Source: Pseudoruegeria sp. (GTDB lineage: Bacteria; Pseudomonadota; Alphaproteobacteria; Rhodobacterales; Rhodobacteraceae). Taken from it: a DNA stretch of 64,000 bases. This document shows positions 48,146 through 57,521 of this stretch, one piece after another. The position numbers and the translations under genes are program-made. The DNA lies in assembly GCA_039972875.1 (NCBI GenBank), contig JBDWMA010000032.1:54727-118726 (forward strand), written 5' to 3'. The notes beneath the pieces were generated by a model. The model had not been told where the DNA came from. It did not search any database and was given only the letters and a program-made list of their open reading frames with translations. Position 1 is the stretch's first letter. Each line of letters begins with the position of its first letter.

Positions 48146-49183
48146 ATGTTCACCCGTGCCAGAATTCTTACCGTTATAATCGCCAGCCTTGGCACAGTCG
48201 TGTTCTGGGGCCTCGGCTTGCCTCTTCCGTTTTTGTTCGGACCCATGTTTGCCTGCCTGATTGCTGCCCTTTGTGGCGCAAAACTTGAGGGATTTGGACA
48301 AATTAGCGTCGCAGCACGCACGATCCTTGGTGTGGCCGTTGGTGCCGCAATCACACCGGATGTTGTGGACCAACTTCCGCAAATGGCGTTATCCGTCGCT
48401 CTTATTCCTGTGTTCATATTCCTATCCGGATTGATCGGTTTGCCGTTCTTTCACCGAATTTGCGGATTTGACCGTGCCACAGCCTATTATGCTGCCATGC
48501 CCGGCGGATTGCAGGATATGGTCGTCTTTGGCCAAGAGGCTGGCGGGGACGTCCGCGCATTATCTTTGATCCATGCAACTCGGGTTTTGATCTTAGTGTC
48601 TTTGGCACCAATCCTTATGACGACCTTGCTGGGCGCGTCGCTCGACAATCCTCTTGGTGCACCACTGCAGGACCTTCCTTTTTCTGAAATGTTGTTGATG
48701 ATCGCAGCCGCCCTTATCGGCTGGAAGGGTGGTGAAAGGATTGGTCTGTTTGGTGCATCGATCCTTGGCCCGATGATCTTGACCGCCACCCTTAGTTTAA
48801 CCGGTTTCATCCATACGCGCCCCCCCGCCGAAGCTATCTTGACGGCCCAGTTTTTACTCGGCTCAGCAATTGGCGCTTTTTATGTCGGCGTTACCCTCAA
48901 AGAACTTCGCAATACGGTTGTATCAGCTGTGGTTTTTGTCCTCATCCTTGCCATGGTGGCCACTGTTCTGGCAGAAATTGTGGTTCTCGCCGGGTTCGCG
49001 CAACCTCTCGAAGCCTTCTTGGCCTTTTTCCCTGGAGGACAAGCAGAGGTCACCATGCTCGCCATTGTGGCTGGTGCCGATCTTGGTTTTGTTATCGTGC
49101 ACCACCTTACCCGAATTATCGTCGTGATCGTTGGCGCTCCCATCATGGCCAACCTATTGTTTAAAGATAGAAACATCTCGTAA
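48146..49183 (+). CDS. AbrB-family (putative ammonia-monooxygenase-like, duplicated) membrane protein
   Basis: Start at MFTRARILTVIIASLG. The two homologous hydrophobic halves are typical of this family. The ORF-track N-terminal extension overlaps the divergent GntR gene. Confidence 0.7.
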   Translation: MFTRARILTVIIASLGTVVFWGLGLPLPFLFGPMFACLIAALCGAKLEGFGQISVAARTILGVAVGAAITPDVVDQLPQMALSVALIPVFIFLSGLIGLPFFHRICGFDRATAYYAAMPGGLQDMVVFGQEAGGDVRALSLIHATRVLILVSLAPILMTTLLGASLDNPLGAPLQDLPFSEMLLMIAAALIGWKGGERIGLFGASILGPMILTATLSLTGFIHTRPPAEAILTAQFLLGSAIGAFYVGVTLKELRNTVVSAVVFVLILAMVATVLAEIVVLAGFAQPLEAFLAFFPGGQAEVTMLAIVAGADLGFVIVHHLTRIIVVIVGAPIMANLLFKDRNIS

Positions 49184-49282
49184 TTAAGACTTCATCCCGT
49201 TGACCCACATTTAAAACATGACCTTTACGACATTGACGCAAACGCACCCTGTGTATTGAACGAATAACTATATTGGATCGTT

Positions 49283-49831
49283 ATGAAGTTTCCCTTTTCC
49301 TTAGTCCTTCCTGCCTTTGTCTTCACCCTACTAACGGGCTGCACCTCAGCGCTTTTACCCCCTATTCAAACATTGCCCACCGGAAAGGCGATCGCTTTGC
49401 AAACAGTCCTCTCCGAAAACAGCGGAACATACGGGTGCATTAACTACCAACCCAGCAGTGACAGCTGCAAAAGCCAAATCACATTCTCATTGACGCAAGA
49501 GGGTTATCAATCACGGGAAACAGGCGCGGCCAGCAGCTTTGGCTCCACGCAAAGAATCAATGTGATTAGCAATGGTACCTTTAGAGGTGGACGTGGCTGC
49601 ATTTCACATTCCGATGTCACAGTGGAAGCGCCCTCTGATCAATCCGCGCAAAGCTTCGCGCAGAAATTCATCAGAGATACCATCATCAGATATGGTGGCG
49701 TGTGCACAACGATGTACACCGCATCAAATGGATACGTTGCCCGCACCGTTGGGGGTGACGGCCGCATTTTCCCTCCGGGAGATTCTACGATCCATTTCTT
49801 TGACGCGCCCAAAACAATCCGAGCACAATAA
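49283..49831 (+). CDS. Lipoprotein of unknown function
   Basis: Signal peptide with lipobox LLTGC. 182 aa. No family recognised. Confidence 0.6.
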   Translation: MKFPFSLVLPAFVFTLLTGCTSALLPPIQTLPTGKAIALQTVLSENSGTYGCINYQPSSDSCKSQITFSLTQEGYQSRETGAASSFGSTQRINVISNGTFRGGRGCISHSDVTVEAPSDQSAQSFAQKFIRDTIIRYGGVCTTMYTASNGYVARTVGGDGRIFPPGDSTIHFFDAPKTIRAQ

Positions 49832-49834
49832 GAT

Positions 49835-50665
49835 CTAGGTAGACGATTTACGAATATCCTCTACCGGATGCAATTTCCGGTAAGGTTTCAGATGTTTCGG
49901 CTCGTTGATCCAGCTCGCCACGCCCCCTAAGATGATCGCACCATAATACAACGACATTAAAAGTTGAATCATGACCAAGGCCTGCACCATATACTGATCA
50001 TGTCGGGGGGAAATATCACCATAGCCTAAGGTCGTCGCAGACACGATACTGAAATAGACGCTTTCAAAATAAGTAATCGAATACGCAATCCCAATGTCCA
50101 TATTCACAGAGAACCCAAACCGAAAGCAGTAATAGAACACCCCGAAACACAATATGAACTGCGCATAACCGAATATCATTTCAAATGTTGATCGAAAGGC
50201 ACTCGCTGCAAACCGAGAGATGAAAACAATCGACGTGTTGATCATCATGATATCCATCAAAATCAACGCTGCCCCAAACGCCGGACCAAAAAGCCAAACC
50301 CGTGGCATATCATTTGCAAAAACCAGACTTGCACACCACGCCATCACGAGGATCATTATGGTTCGCATGGTGTTATATGTGCCGACATGCCCCCGAAATT
50401 GAAGCCCGAACCAATTCCACCGCATAGGGCTAAATTCTGTTTCATACCGATAGATAAAACTTTCGGCGATGGCCCAGAACTCACCGGACTGAGGTTTAAT
50501 GACCCTGCAGACATGCGTGCGTTCCGAGGCCTTTTGATTTGGGCACTGCACAAAATCGCCCAACAGACCGTTGGAGCGGACTTCACCAAAGCTTTCACGG
50601 CAACGCCCACAATAGATTATGGGTGTTGCGTGCATTACACCGAAACTGTTGTCCTGATCTGCCAT
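49835..50665 (-). CDS. Potassium channel protein with Cys-rich N-terminal module
   Basis: The selectivity filter TTLGYGD lies between hydrophobic helices. The N-terminal approx. 90 aa contain CGRC...C...HVC. Confidence 0.75.
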   Translation of the reverse strand: MADQDNSFGVMHATPIIYCGRCRESFGEVRSNGLLGDFVQCPNQKASERTHVCRVIKPQSGEFWAIAESFIYRYETEFSPMRWNWFGLQFRGHVGTYNTMRTIMILVMAWCASLVFANDMPRVWLFGPAFGAALILMDIMMINTSIVFISRFAASAFRSTFEMIFGYAQFILCFGVFYYCFRFGFSVNMDIGIAYSITYFESVYFSIVSATTLGYGDISPRHDQYMVQALVMIQLLMSLYYGAIILGGVASWINEPKHLKPYRKLHPVEDIRKSST

Positions 50666-50730
50666 TCTGCGAGTTACCCCTTGTAATCTAGGAGCAATTT
50701 AGCAGGCCAGAAGTTTCTGCCAAGCCCCTG

Positions 50731-51138
50731 TTATCGCAGAACATGCACGGCACATTTAGCGTGTCGCACCACGCGCGCCGCGGTGGACCCTAGAAAATAA
50801 TCTTGCAAGCCAGGCCTATGAGAGGCGATCATAATGAGATCCACGTCGTGATCTTCGGAATAGGTTTGAATTTCCCGAGCGGGATGGCCCACAGATAGTT
50901 TTGCCTCGGCATTCTCAAGATGCGCAATATCATTGTTCAAACGATCAAGAACCGTCTGGCGATTTTTCTCAAGATGATCCTCAGGGATCTGTTGTGCGAC
51001 ATAACCCGGTATCGTTTCAAGCACCGTAAGCAATGTTAAGCGACCATCTTCAGACAAAAGGCGCTGTGCAAGCTTTAATGTGTCATCAGTTGTCGCCGGG
51101 TGATCCGCAGCAATTGGAACAAGGATATGTTTATACAT
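50731..51138 (-). CDS. Universal stress protein (UspA family)
   Basis: 135 aa. Begins MYKHILVPIA; C-terminal motif is GSTAARVVRHAKCAVHVLR. Confidence 0.85.
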   Translation of the reverse strand: MYKHILVPIAADHPATTDDTLKLAQRLLSEDGRLTLLTVLETIPGYVAQQIPEDHLEKNRQTVLDRLNNDIAHLENAEAKLSVGHPAREIQTYSEDHDVDLIMIASHRPGLQDYFLGSTAARVVRHAKCAVHVLR

Positions 51139-51231
51139 GGTTTCCTCCTGTTTATTTCAACTTTATAACACAACACAGGCTGATACACATTGATGTAAGT
51201 CAGCCGGGTTTAAAGTCCAAAAAGGTCCGTT

Positions 51232-51729
51232 ATGCCAGAGCCAAAACAGTCCCCAATCCGCCCAACCAATGATAAGGCGCGCGCCCTAGCCCGTAACCTT
51301 ATCATCAGCGCTCGTTTTGGCGCTTTGGGTGTCCTGGAGCCAAAGGATGGTTTTCCCATGGTGACCCGTGTGGCAATTGGAACCGCACCAGATGATGGCA
51401 GCCCCATTACCCTAATATCCTCGTTATCGGCCCATACCCAAGCTTTAAAACACACGCCTCATGCGTCCCTACTGCTCGGAGAGCCCAAAGACCTTGGCGA
51501 CCCACTCACCCATCCGCGCATTACACTGCAATGTCAGGCAAATTTTATTGACCCCACGTCTGAAACCCACAAAAAGATGCGCCAACATTATTTGCTGACG
51601 CATCCCAAATCGAAACTCTACATTGATTTTGCAGATTTTTGCTTTGTACGCTTCTCCGTTCAACGCGCCTATCTAAACGGCGGATTTGGCAAAGCTTTCC
51701 AGCTTACGGCTGCGGATCTAACTAATTAA
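51232..51729 (+). CDS. Pyridoxamine 5'-phosphate oxidase-like FMN-binding split-barrel protein
   Basis: 165 aa, with ARFGALGVL...GFPMVTRVA...SLSAHTQAL, typical of this fold. Its stop overlaps the stop of the convergent gene (shared TTAA). Confidence 0.65.
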   Translation: MPEPKQSPIRPTNDKARALARNLIISARFGALGVLEPKDGFPMVTRVAIGTAPDDGSPITLISSLSAHTQALKHTPHASLLLGEPKDLGDPLTHPRITLQCQANFIDPTSETHKKMRQHYLLTHPKSKLYIDFADFCFVRFSVQRAYLNGGFGKAFQLTAADLTN

Positions 51730-54011
51730 ACAGGATTATCCATGCGGGCCGTTACGTAAACTTCCCCACGACACGAGCTGCCCCAACTCAAATGAACCTG
51801 ATTTTTATCGTCACCCTTTTTAACACTTGTATAGGGCATCGAATAAACCGTCGAACTTCCAGACTTAATCGCCCCTGCGGACACGACCCCAGTGACACGT
51901 CGACTGTAGCCTTGAAACGGAAAATAGGGATCCGTTTCGACAACCCAAGTGCTTGCATCACTGGACTGCGTATGTGTCACAGAAACCGGATTAAAGATTG
52001 GCTCATTGATCGAATGAAACGTGTTTCCTTGTACGACCACATTTTTACTTAACCCCATATCCAATCCGGCATAGGTCTCGTCAACTGCATCAACACGATC
52101 AATAGACCCATTCAACGCTCGGAATGTATTCCCAGAAATATTCAAACCGTTCAGAAAGTGTCCTTGGCCATAGGGTTTTACTACAATCCAATTAAACCAA
52201 GGCGCGACGTCATTTACTGTAAAAATGTTTGAAGAGATCGTAAGCCCGCCAAAAGAAAATTGATTGTCAAAATCGCCAGCGGTGTCATGCTCATTGGTCA
52301 ACTCCACAAAGTTATTGTCGATGTAATTCCCCGTCAGAGTGGTTTTTAGGTTCACGTTACTGAACACCATTCCAGCCTGCCGAATCCCGTTTGTTTCGCT
52401 ATCTCCTTGGAACCAATGGTTTCCAATAAACATATTGCCGCCACCGGCAAGGACCCCAGTCGTCCCAAACCGCACAAATCGATTATCTCTGATTTTGGCG
52501 TCGTTTGAATTGACGTTGAATGCAATTGACGTCCGATCCTGAGCACGAAGATCCTGTTCTGAAGAAAGAAATTGGCAGCGGTCAATTGTCAGCCCCTGAC
52601 AGCCCTTACCAATTGATGTAATTCCCCTGTCCTTTGGCTTAGTCATAAAGCAGTCCCGAACATGGAAAATTTTTCCATCCCTTGCTAGCATAATCCCACT
52701 TGCGATTTCAGCACATTGAAATTCAATGTCGTCGAGTGAAAATTTATCCAAAAGGCCAAATCCAGAAAAATCTAGCGCATATTTATGGCGTGTAAAAGTA
52801 TAGGACTGCGTGCCCGAGGCATCAAACAGCGGCAAGCTGATTTTTATCGAGGCATTCGAAATATCCACAGATTTTACATAGACTTCGCGCCCGACGCCTG
52901 CGCCGGTTACACGTGAACCAACCGGAATATTTGCAACATTCGAGACATCTGAAAGCGTCTTGTTGTCAGATGTTGAATACGTCGCCTGCGAGGTGACCAC
53001 TGTGTCGTTCCACGCATTGGAGCTCTCAACATTAAACTGTCCATTGCGCACGACGCGCCTGGTGGCAAAACTATCCAATCCCGCAACATCCGCCACATCG
53101 ATCGGCTCCGATAACTCTATTCGTCGCCCATTCAAATCCAATGAGTCGTGGTTAGAATATTGGAACAACGCCTGCAGAGCTTTTTTCAAAGCGATGAGTT
53201 CATCCCCAAAGGCGTCAATATAAGTCGACAGTTCATAGTTTTTAATCAAGATCAGTCGCTTGTTATCCGGCATCGACAAGGAACCTTCAAATCGCACTGG
53301 ATTATCAAGGGTCAGGTGATCACCTATGTGAAATGTCCCCGCTGGCACCAACACCGCACGACCATTCGCGTCATCATCCGCTGCTTCAAAAGCTGATATG
53401 TCATCCGTTGATCCATCGCCGACAGCCCCATAATCTCTGACATCCACCCAATCCATCATGTCACGTAGAAAATACGAAGTGACATCTTCGATCTGGATAT
53501 CATCGACCCTCACAATACCGCCGTTACTGCCGGTAAGATCCAGCCCAAAGTGCCCGTAAATTGCCGACCGTCCCCATGGCATGTCGACACCATCACGCGA
53601 GCCCACCCCGACTATAGCTTGGACCGTTGTGACCTCTCCGTAAGCCGAAAGAACAACGGACGGTCCCACTTGCGTTACGCCACCCACGTTGTCGCCACTC
53701 CCATCACCGGCCCAACCCGCAACTTTTACAGTTGGCAAATTGCCAGACATTGCCTTGATGCGAACAGTAATCTGCAAATAGCAGCCCGGCGTGATTGGCG
53801 TTTGCCCCATGTAACGAATGTGTTGCGTATTGTCTGTTTTCAGTAGCTCCAGACAATCGCTAAAATCAGCGTCTGCCACCACAATCGCCGCATTCGCAGC
53901 CCCATTATAAGTGTCCTGACCGGGCGTACCATCTTCGCTGGACCAAACCGTTAACCCCTCTGAAAACGCCGGTGGCATAAAGACCAAACCATCTGTTATT
54001 GCCTTGTTCAT
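51726..54011 (-). CDS. Right-handed parallel beta-helix protein with pectate-lyase-3 / tailspike-like domain
   Basis: Start at MNKAITDGLVF. The motif VDVRDYGAVGDGSTDDISAFEAA...VLVPAGTFHIGD is the classic beta-helix capping region. It is followed by many short Asn/Gly-rich turns. No signal peptide is seen. Confidence 0.75.
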   Translation of the reverse strand: MNKAITDGLVFMPPAFSEGLTVWSSEDGTPGQDTYNGAANAAIVVADADFSDCLELLKTDNTQHIRYMGQTPITPGCYLQITVRIKAMSGNLPTVKVAGWAGDGSGDNVGGVTQVGPSVVLSAYGEVTTVQAIVGVGSRDGVDMPWGRSAIYGHFGLDLTGSNGGIVRVDDIQIEDVTSYFLRDMMDWVDVRDYGAVGDGSTDDISAFEAADDDANGRAVLVPAGTFHIGDHLTLDNPVRFEGSLSMPDNKRLILIKNYELSTYIDAFGDELIALKKALQALFQYSNHDSLDLNGRRIELSEPIDVADVAGLDSFATRRVVRNGQFNVESSNAWNDTVVTSQATYSTSDNKTLSDVSNVANIPVGSRVTGAGVGREVYVKSVDISNASIKISLPLFDASGTQSYTFTRHKYALDFSGFGLLDKFSLDDIEFQCAEIASGIMLARDGKIFHVRDCFMTKPKDRGITSIGKGCQGLTIDRCQFLSSEQDLRAQDRTSIAFNVNSNDAKIRDNRFVRFGTTGVLAGGGNMFIGNHWFQGDSETNGIRQAGMVFSNVNLKTTLTGNYIDNNFVELTNEHDTAGDFDNQFSFGGLTISSNIFTVNDVAPWFNWIVVKPYGQGHFLNGLNISGNTFRALNGSIDRVDAVDETYAGLDMGLSKNVVVQGNTFHSINEPIFNPVSVTHTQSSDASTWVVETDPYFPFQGYSRRVTGVVSAGAIKSGSSTVYSMPYTSVKKGDDKNQVHLSWGSSCRGEVYVTARMDNPV

Positions 54012-54111
54012 TCTGTATCCCTTTGCTCGCTCTCCGGCGTCAAACCGGACTTGCATTCAGGGGTACAGCAAGAAGAGCTAAACCGGATTTAACCCTCCGT
54101 ACGCTCGTCAG

Positions 54112-54516
54112 CTAGGCCCCTGCGCCGGGCGCGGGTAAGAAACGAACTCCGTTGATCCGCCAATTGCCATCGACAATAACCAGCTGATATTCAAGGAAAT
54201 GCAGAACTCCGGACTGATCCTTGATCATTACGATTTGCGTTTGCATATGCCCTAAATCATCCGCTTCAAGAAATGTTACCTGTCCGGGCTCCCAAACCAT
54301 CGGATACCCACTTTGAACCATTTGGCCAAAATTCTCGGGCGAGCCAAACAGTCCCTGAATGCTCGGAGATGCAAATTCAAACGCCTCGCCAATTGCGCCA
54401 GATTGAAACGCAATAATCTGATTTGATATGGTTTCTTGGGTGGTGGATTCTTGGGCGGCGACAGGCACTGCCAACAACAGCAGCGCGCCTCCGAAGTTTT
54501 TAATTTCCTTAAGCAT
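54112..54516 (-). CDS. Small secreted protein (DUF4864-like)
   Basis: 134 aa with signal peptide MLKEIKNFGGALLLLAVPVAAQ. The family name is from memory. Confidence 0.5.
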   Translation of the reverse strand: MLKEIKNFGGALLLLAVPVAAQESTTQETISNQIIAFQSGAIGEAFEFASPSIQGLFGSPENFGQMVQSGYPMVWEPGQVTFLEADDLGHMQTQIVMIKDQSGVLHFLEYQLVIVDGNWRINGVRFLPAPGAGA

Positions 54517-54574
54517 ACTTGTGCCTCCTAATTTACAAAGAAGTAGCGCACATCAGCATCAGGTCAATAAAAGC

Positions 54575-56386
54575 TCAGCTCTCGGCCTTTTCCTCAAGCA
54601 TCAACCACTCCTCTTCCTTTGAGGCCAAAGCATCATGACGCTCAACCAATGCATCGGTGGCCTTCTGGAATTTTACAGGGTGATCGGTGAACAGCGCAGG
54701 ATCAGACATTAACTCAGTCAACTTTGCAATTTCTGCCTCAAGCCGCTCCATCTCAGCGGGTAAAACCTTCAGTCGATGCTCTTCGATGTAAGTCAAACCA
54801 GTTGAGGCTTTTGCGCTCGACGCTTTTGCCGGTTCCCTTTTATTTCGCGATTTTTCTGCAACTGTGGCTGGATTGGTCTCTTGGCGTTGATTGCGATAAT
54901 CGCTCCATCCACCGGGATAAGCAATGGCATGACCGTTGCCTTCCATCGCAATCGTCGTCCCCGCCACGCGGTCAATAAAATCTCGATCGTGACTGACCAG
55001 CAAAACCGTCCCGTCATAATCGCCCAACAAATCTTGCAATAAATCAAGCGTTTCAACATCCAGATCATTGGTCGGTTCATCAAGCACTAGCAAATTGCTT
55101 TCCCGCGCCATGATCCGCGCCAACAACAGACGCGCCTTTTCACCGCCCGACAAAGACCGTACGGGCGCACGCGCTTGCGCTTCGTCAAACAAGAACTCTT
55201 TCAGATAACCCACAACATGTTTTGGAACGCCACGAACCATCACTTGATCCGATGCCCCAGACACACTCATTTCTGGGTCGGTGGTCAGGTTTTCCCACAG
55301 GCTTTTGTTCACATCCAGCTTGGCACGGTTCTGATCAAAAACCGCCATTTCCAGTTTCGTCCCCAAAACAACAGAACCACTGTCAGGTTCAATCTCACCG
55401 ATTAACATCTTTAAAAGAGTGGTTTTACCAACCCCATTGGGCCCGACAAAGGCAACACGATCGCCCCGCTGCACCTTTAGGGAAAAATCTGTCACAATAC
55501 GCTTATCGCCATAATCCTTGTTCAGGCTCGTCACTTCGACGACCTTCTTGCCGGACTTTGGCCCAGCTTCCAGCTCCATCGCGGCAGTGCCCTGCCGTTT
55601 GATCTGTGAGGACCGCTGAGCCTTTAGATCCTGCAACGCGCGCACACGCCCCATATTACGTTTACGCCTCGCAGAGATCCCTTCAACCGCCCAGCGCGCT
55701 TCAGCTTTAATTTTACGGTTTAACTTGTGACGTTGATCGTCTTCCTCATCCCACGTTTTATCGCGCCAGATCTCAAAATCTGCGAAACCCTTTTCTTGGC
55801 GCCGCACAACGCCACGATCCACCCACAAAGTGGCGCGTGTCAACGCGTTCAAAAACGCCCTATCGTGTGAAATTAAAACATAGGCTTTGCGCGTTGTGCG
55901 CAGCTGCTCTTCGAGCCAACCGATAGCCTCAATATCCAAATGGTTGGTCGGTTCGTCCAACAACATTAACTCAGGTGCTTCGGCCAATAATTTCGCCAAT
56001 GCTGCGCGTCGCTTCTCACCACCGGATGCGGTTTCAACAAGGCCGTCAGGATTAAATTTCAACCCTTCAGCAACCATTTCAACCTTATAAGCATCCATCG
56101 GATCAAGTTCGCTCGCCGCAAACTCACCCAGAGTTCTAAAACCGCTCAGATCGGGGTCCTGCTCCATATACCCAACAGATGTCCCCGGAGGCACAACACG
56201 CGTTCCCGCGTCCGCCTCAACCAAGGCCGCCATGACTTTCATCAAGGTCGACTTGCCAGAGCCATTGCGCCCAACAAGGGCCACCCGATCACCGGCTTGA
56301 ACCACCAATGATAGGTCAGAAAAAATTGGATCTCCGCCAAAAGTAAGCGAGATATCGGAAAGCTGAAGAAGGGGTGCACGTGCCAT
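54575..56386 (-). CDS. ABC-F family ATPase (Uup-like)
   Basis: Two ABC cassettes (Walker A GRNGSGKST and GPNGVGKTT), no TM domain, and a C-terminal coiled-coil tail. Confidence 0.9.
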   Translation of the reverse strand: MARAPLLQLSDISLTFGGDPIFSDLSLVVQAGDRVALVGRNGSGKSTLMKVMAALVEADAGTRVVPPGTSVGYMEQDPDLSGFRTLGEFAASELDPMDAYKVEMVAEGLKFNPDGLVETASGGEKRRAALAKLLAEAPELMLLDEPTNHLDIEAIGWLEEQLRTTRKAYVLISHDRAFLNALTRATLWVDRGVVRRQEKGFADFEIWRDKTWDEEDDQRHKLNRKIKAEARWAVEGISARRKRNMGRVRALQDLKAQRSSQIKRQGTAAMELEAGPKSGKKVVEVTSLNKDYGDKRIVTDFSLKVQRGDRVAFVGPNGVGKTTLLKMLIGEIEPDSGSVVLGTKLEMAVFDQNRAKLDVNKSLWENLTTDPEMSVSGASDQVMVRGVPKHVVGYLKEFLFDEAQARAPVRSLSGGEKARLLLARIMARESNLLVLDEPTNDLDVETLDLLQDLLGDYDGTVLLVSHDRDFIDRVAGTTIAMEGNGHAIAYPGGWSDYRNQRQETNPATVAEKSRNKREPAKASSAKASTGLTYIEEHRLKVLPAEMERLEAEIAKLTELMSDPALFTDHPVKFQKATDALVERHDALASKEEEWLMLEEKAES

Positions 56387-56510
56387 ACCAGCGGGCTACT
56401 GCGCCGCATGTCTAAGGTCAAGCCGCCATTCATGTGAAATAGCGCTGGCCCTGCGATAGAAACTAATCAAAACTGCTTATGAAACAGAAACGCATTTCGA
56501 GAATTCCCTC

Positions 56511-57479
56511 ATGTCTCCCAAACGAATTTATGATCCAATCGTAGAAAAATATGCCGCAGACTCCCCCAATTGGGATGTCACGGATGTCCCATCCTTGCGT
56601 CAAATTGCACAGGACTATGCGGAATATTGCACTTTACCCATGCCGCCTCGGGACACAGACCCGGATATCGAAGAGATCGAGATCACAATACCGGGCGCGG
56701 ACGGTACACCCGACATCCCGATCCGGATTTACATGCCCAATGGACGATCCGAACCGGGACCGAGCTTTGTTAATTTTCACGGCGGCGGTTTCCTCATGGG
56801 GGATTTGGAAAGCGAACACATCAACTGTATGAATATGGTACGCAAAGCCGGATGCGTGGCGATTGGCGTTGACTACCGCCTAGCTCCAGAACACCCCTTT
56901 CCGGCTGGGTTCGATGATTGCTACCAAAGCTACCTCTGGGTCCTAGAGAACGCAGCGTCTCTGTACATTGACCCAAACCGTGTGATCATCGGAGGTTCCA
57001 GCGCGGGCGGATGTCTAACAGCCGCCGTTGCTCTGAAAATTCGAGACACAGGCATCACCGCTCCCATTTTTCAGATGCTTTATTATCCTGTAATCGACGA
57101 CCGCTGTAACAGCCCCTCAATGCAAAGCGGCAATGATTGCTACGTTTGGACCCAATCCAATTCCAAACAAATGTGGGATCACTATATAGGCAAAAACCGG
57201 AGCGACGTCAGCGCCTATGCGGCCCCTGCCCGCGCCACAGATCTGTCAAACCTACCCCCAGCGTTTATTATGACCTGTGAACATGACCCCCTGCGCGACG
57301 AAGCCATTTTCTTTGCTATGGATCTCATGAATGCCGGCACTCCTGTTGAGCTCCACAACTACCCCGGCACAACCCATTCCTTTGACCGAATGTCCCCCGC
57401 ACCGATCGCTCGGCGCGCCGCAGACGATGCCATTCAAGCCGCCATACGCGCCCTAAATCCACCACCTCTGTTGGATTGA
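56511..57479 (+). CDS. Alpha/beta hydrolase, hormone-sensitive-lipase-type esterase
   Basis: Oxyanion motif is FHGGGF. Nucleophile elbow is GSSAGG. Confidence 0.85.
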   Translation: MSPKRIYDPIVEKYAADSPNWDVTDVPSLRQIAQDYAEYCTLPMPPRDTDPDIEEIEITIPGADGTPDIPIRIYMPNGRSEPGPSFVNFHGGGFLMGDLESEHINCMNMVRKAGCVAIGVDYRLAPEHPFPAGFDDCYQSYLWVLENAASLYIDPNRVIIGGSSAGGCLTAAVALKIRDTGITAPIFQMLYYPVIDDRCNSPSMQSGNDCYVWTQSNSKQMWDHYIGKNRSDVSAYAAPARATDLSNLPPAFIMTCEHDPLRDEAIFFAMDLMNAGTPVELHNYPGTTHSFDRMSPAPIARRAADDAIQAAIRALNPPPLLD

Positions 57480-57521
57480 TCCACGACGCCCCATTGCCCC
57501 GCCCCCCTTTGATCTGCTCTA

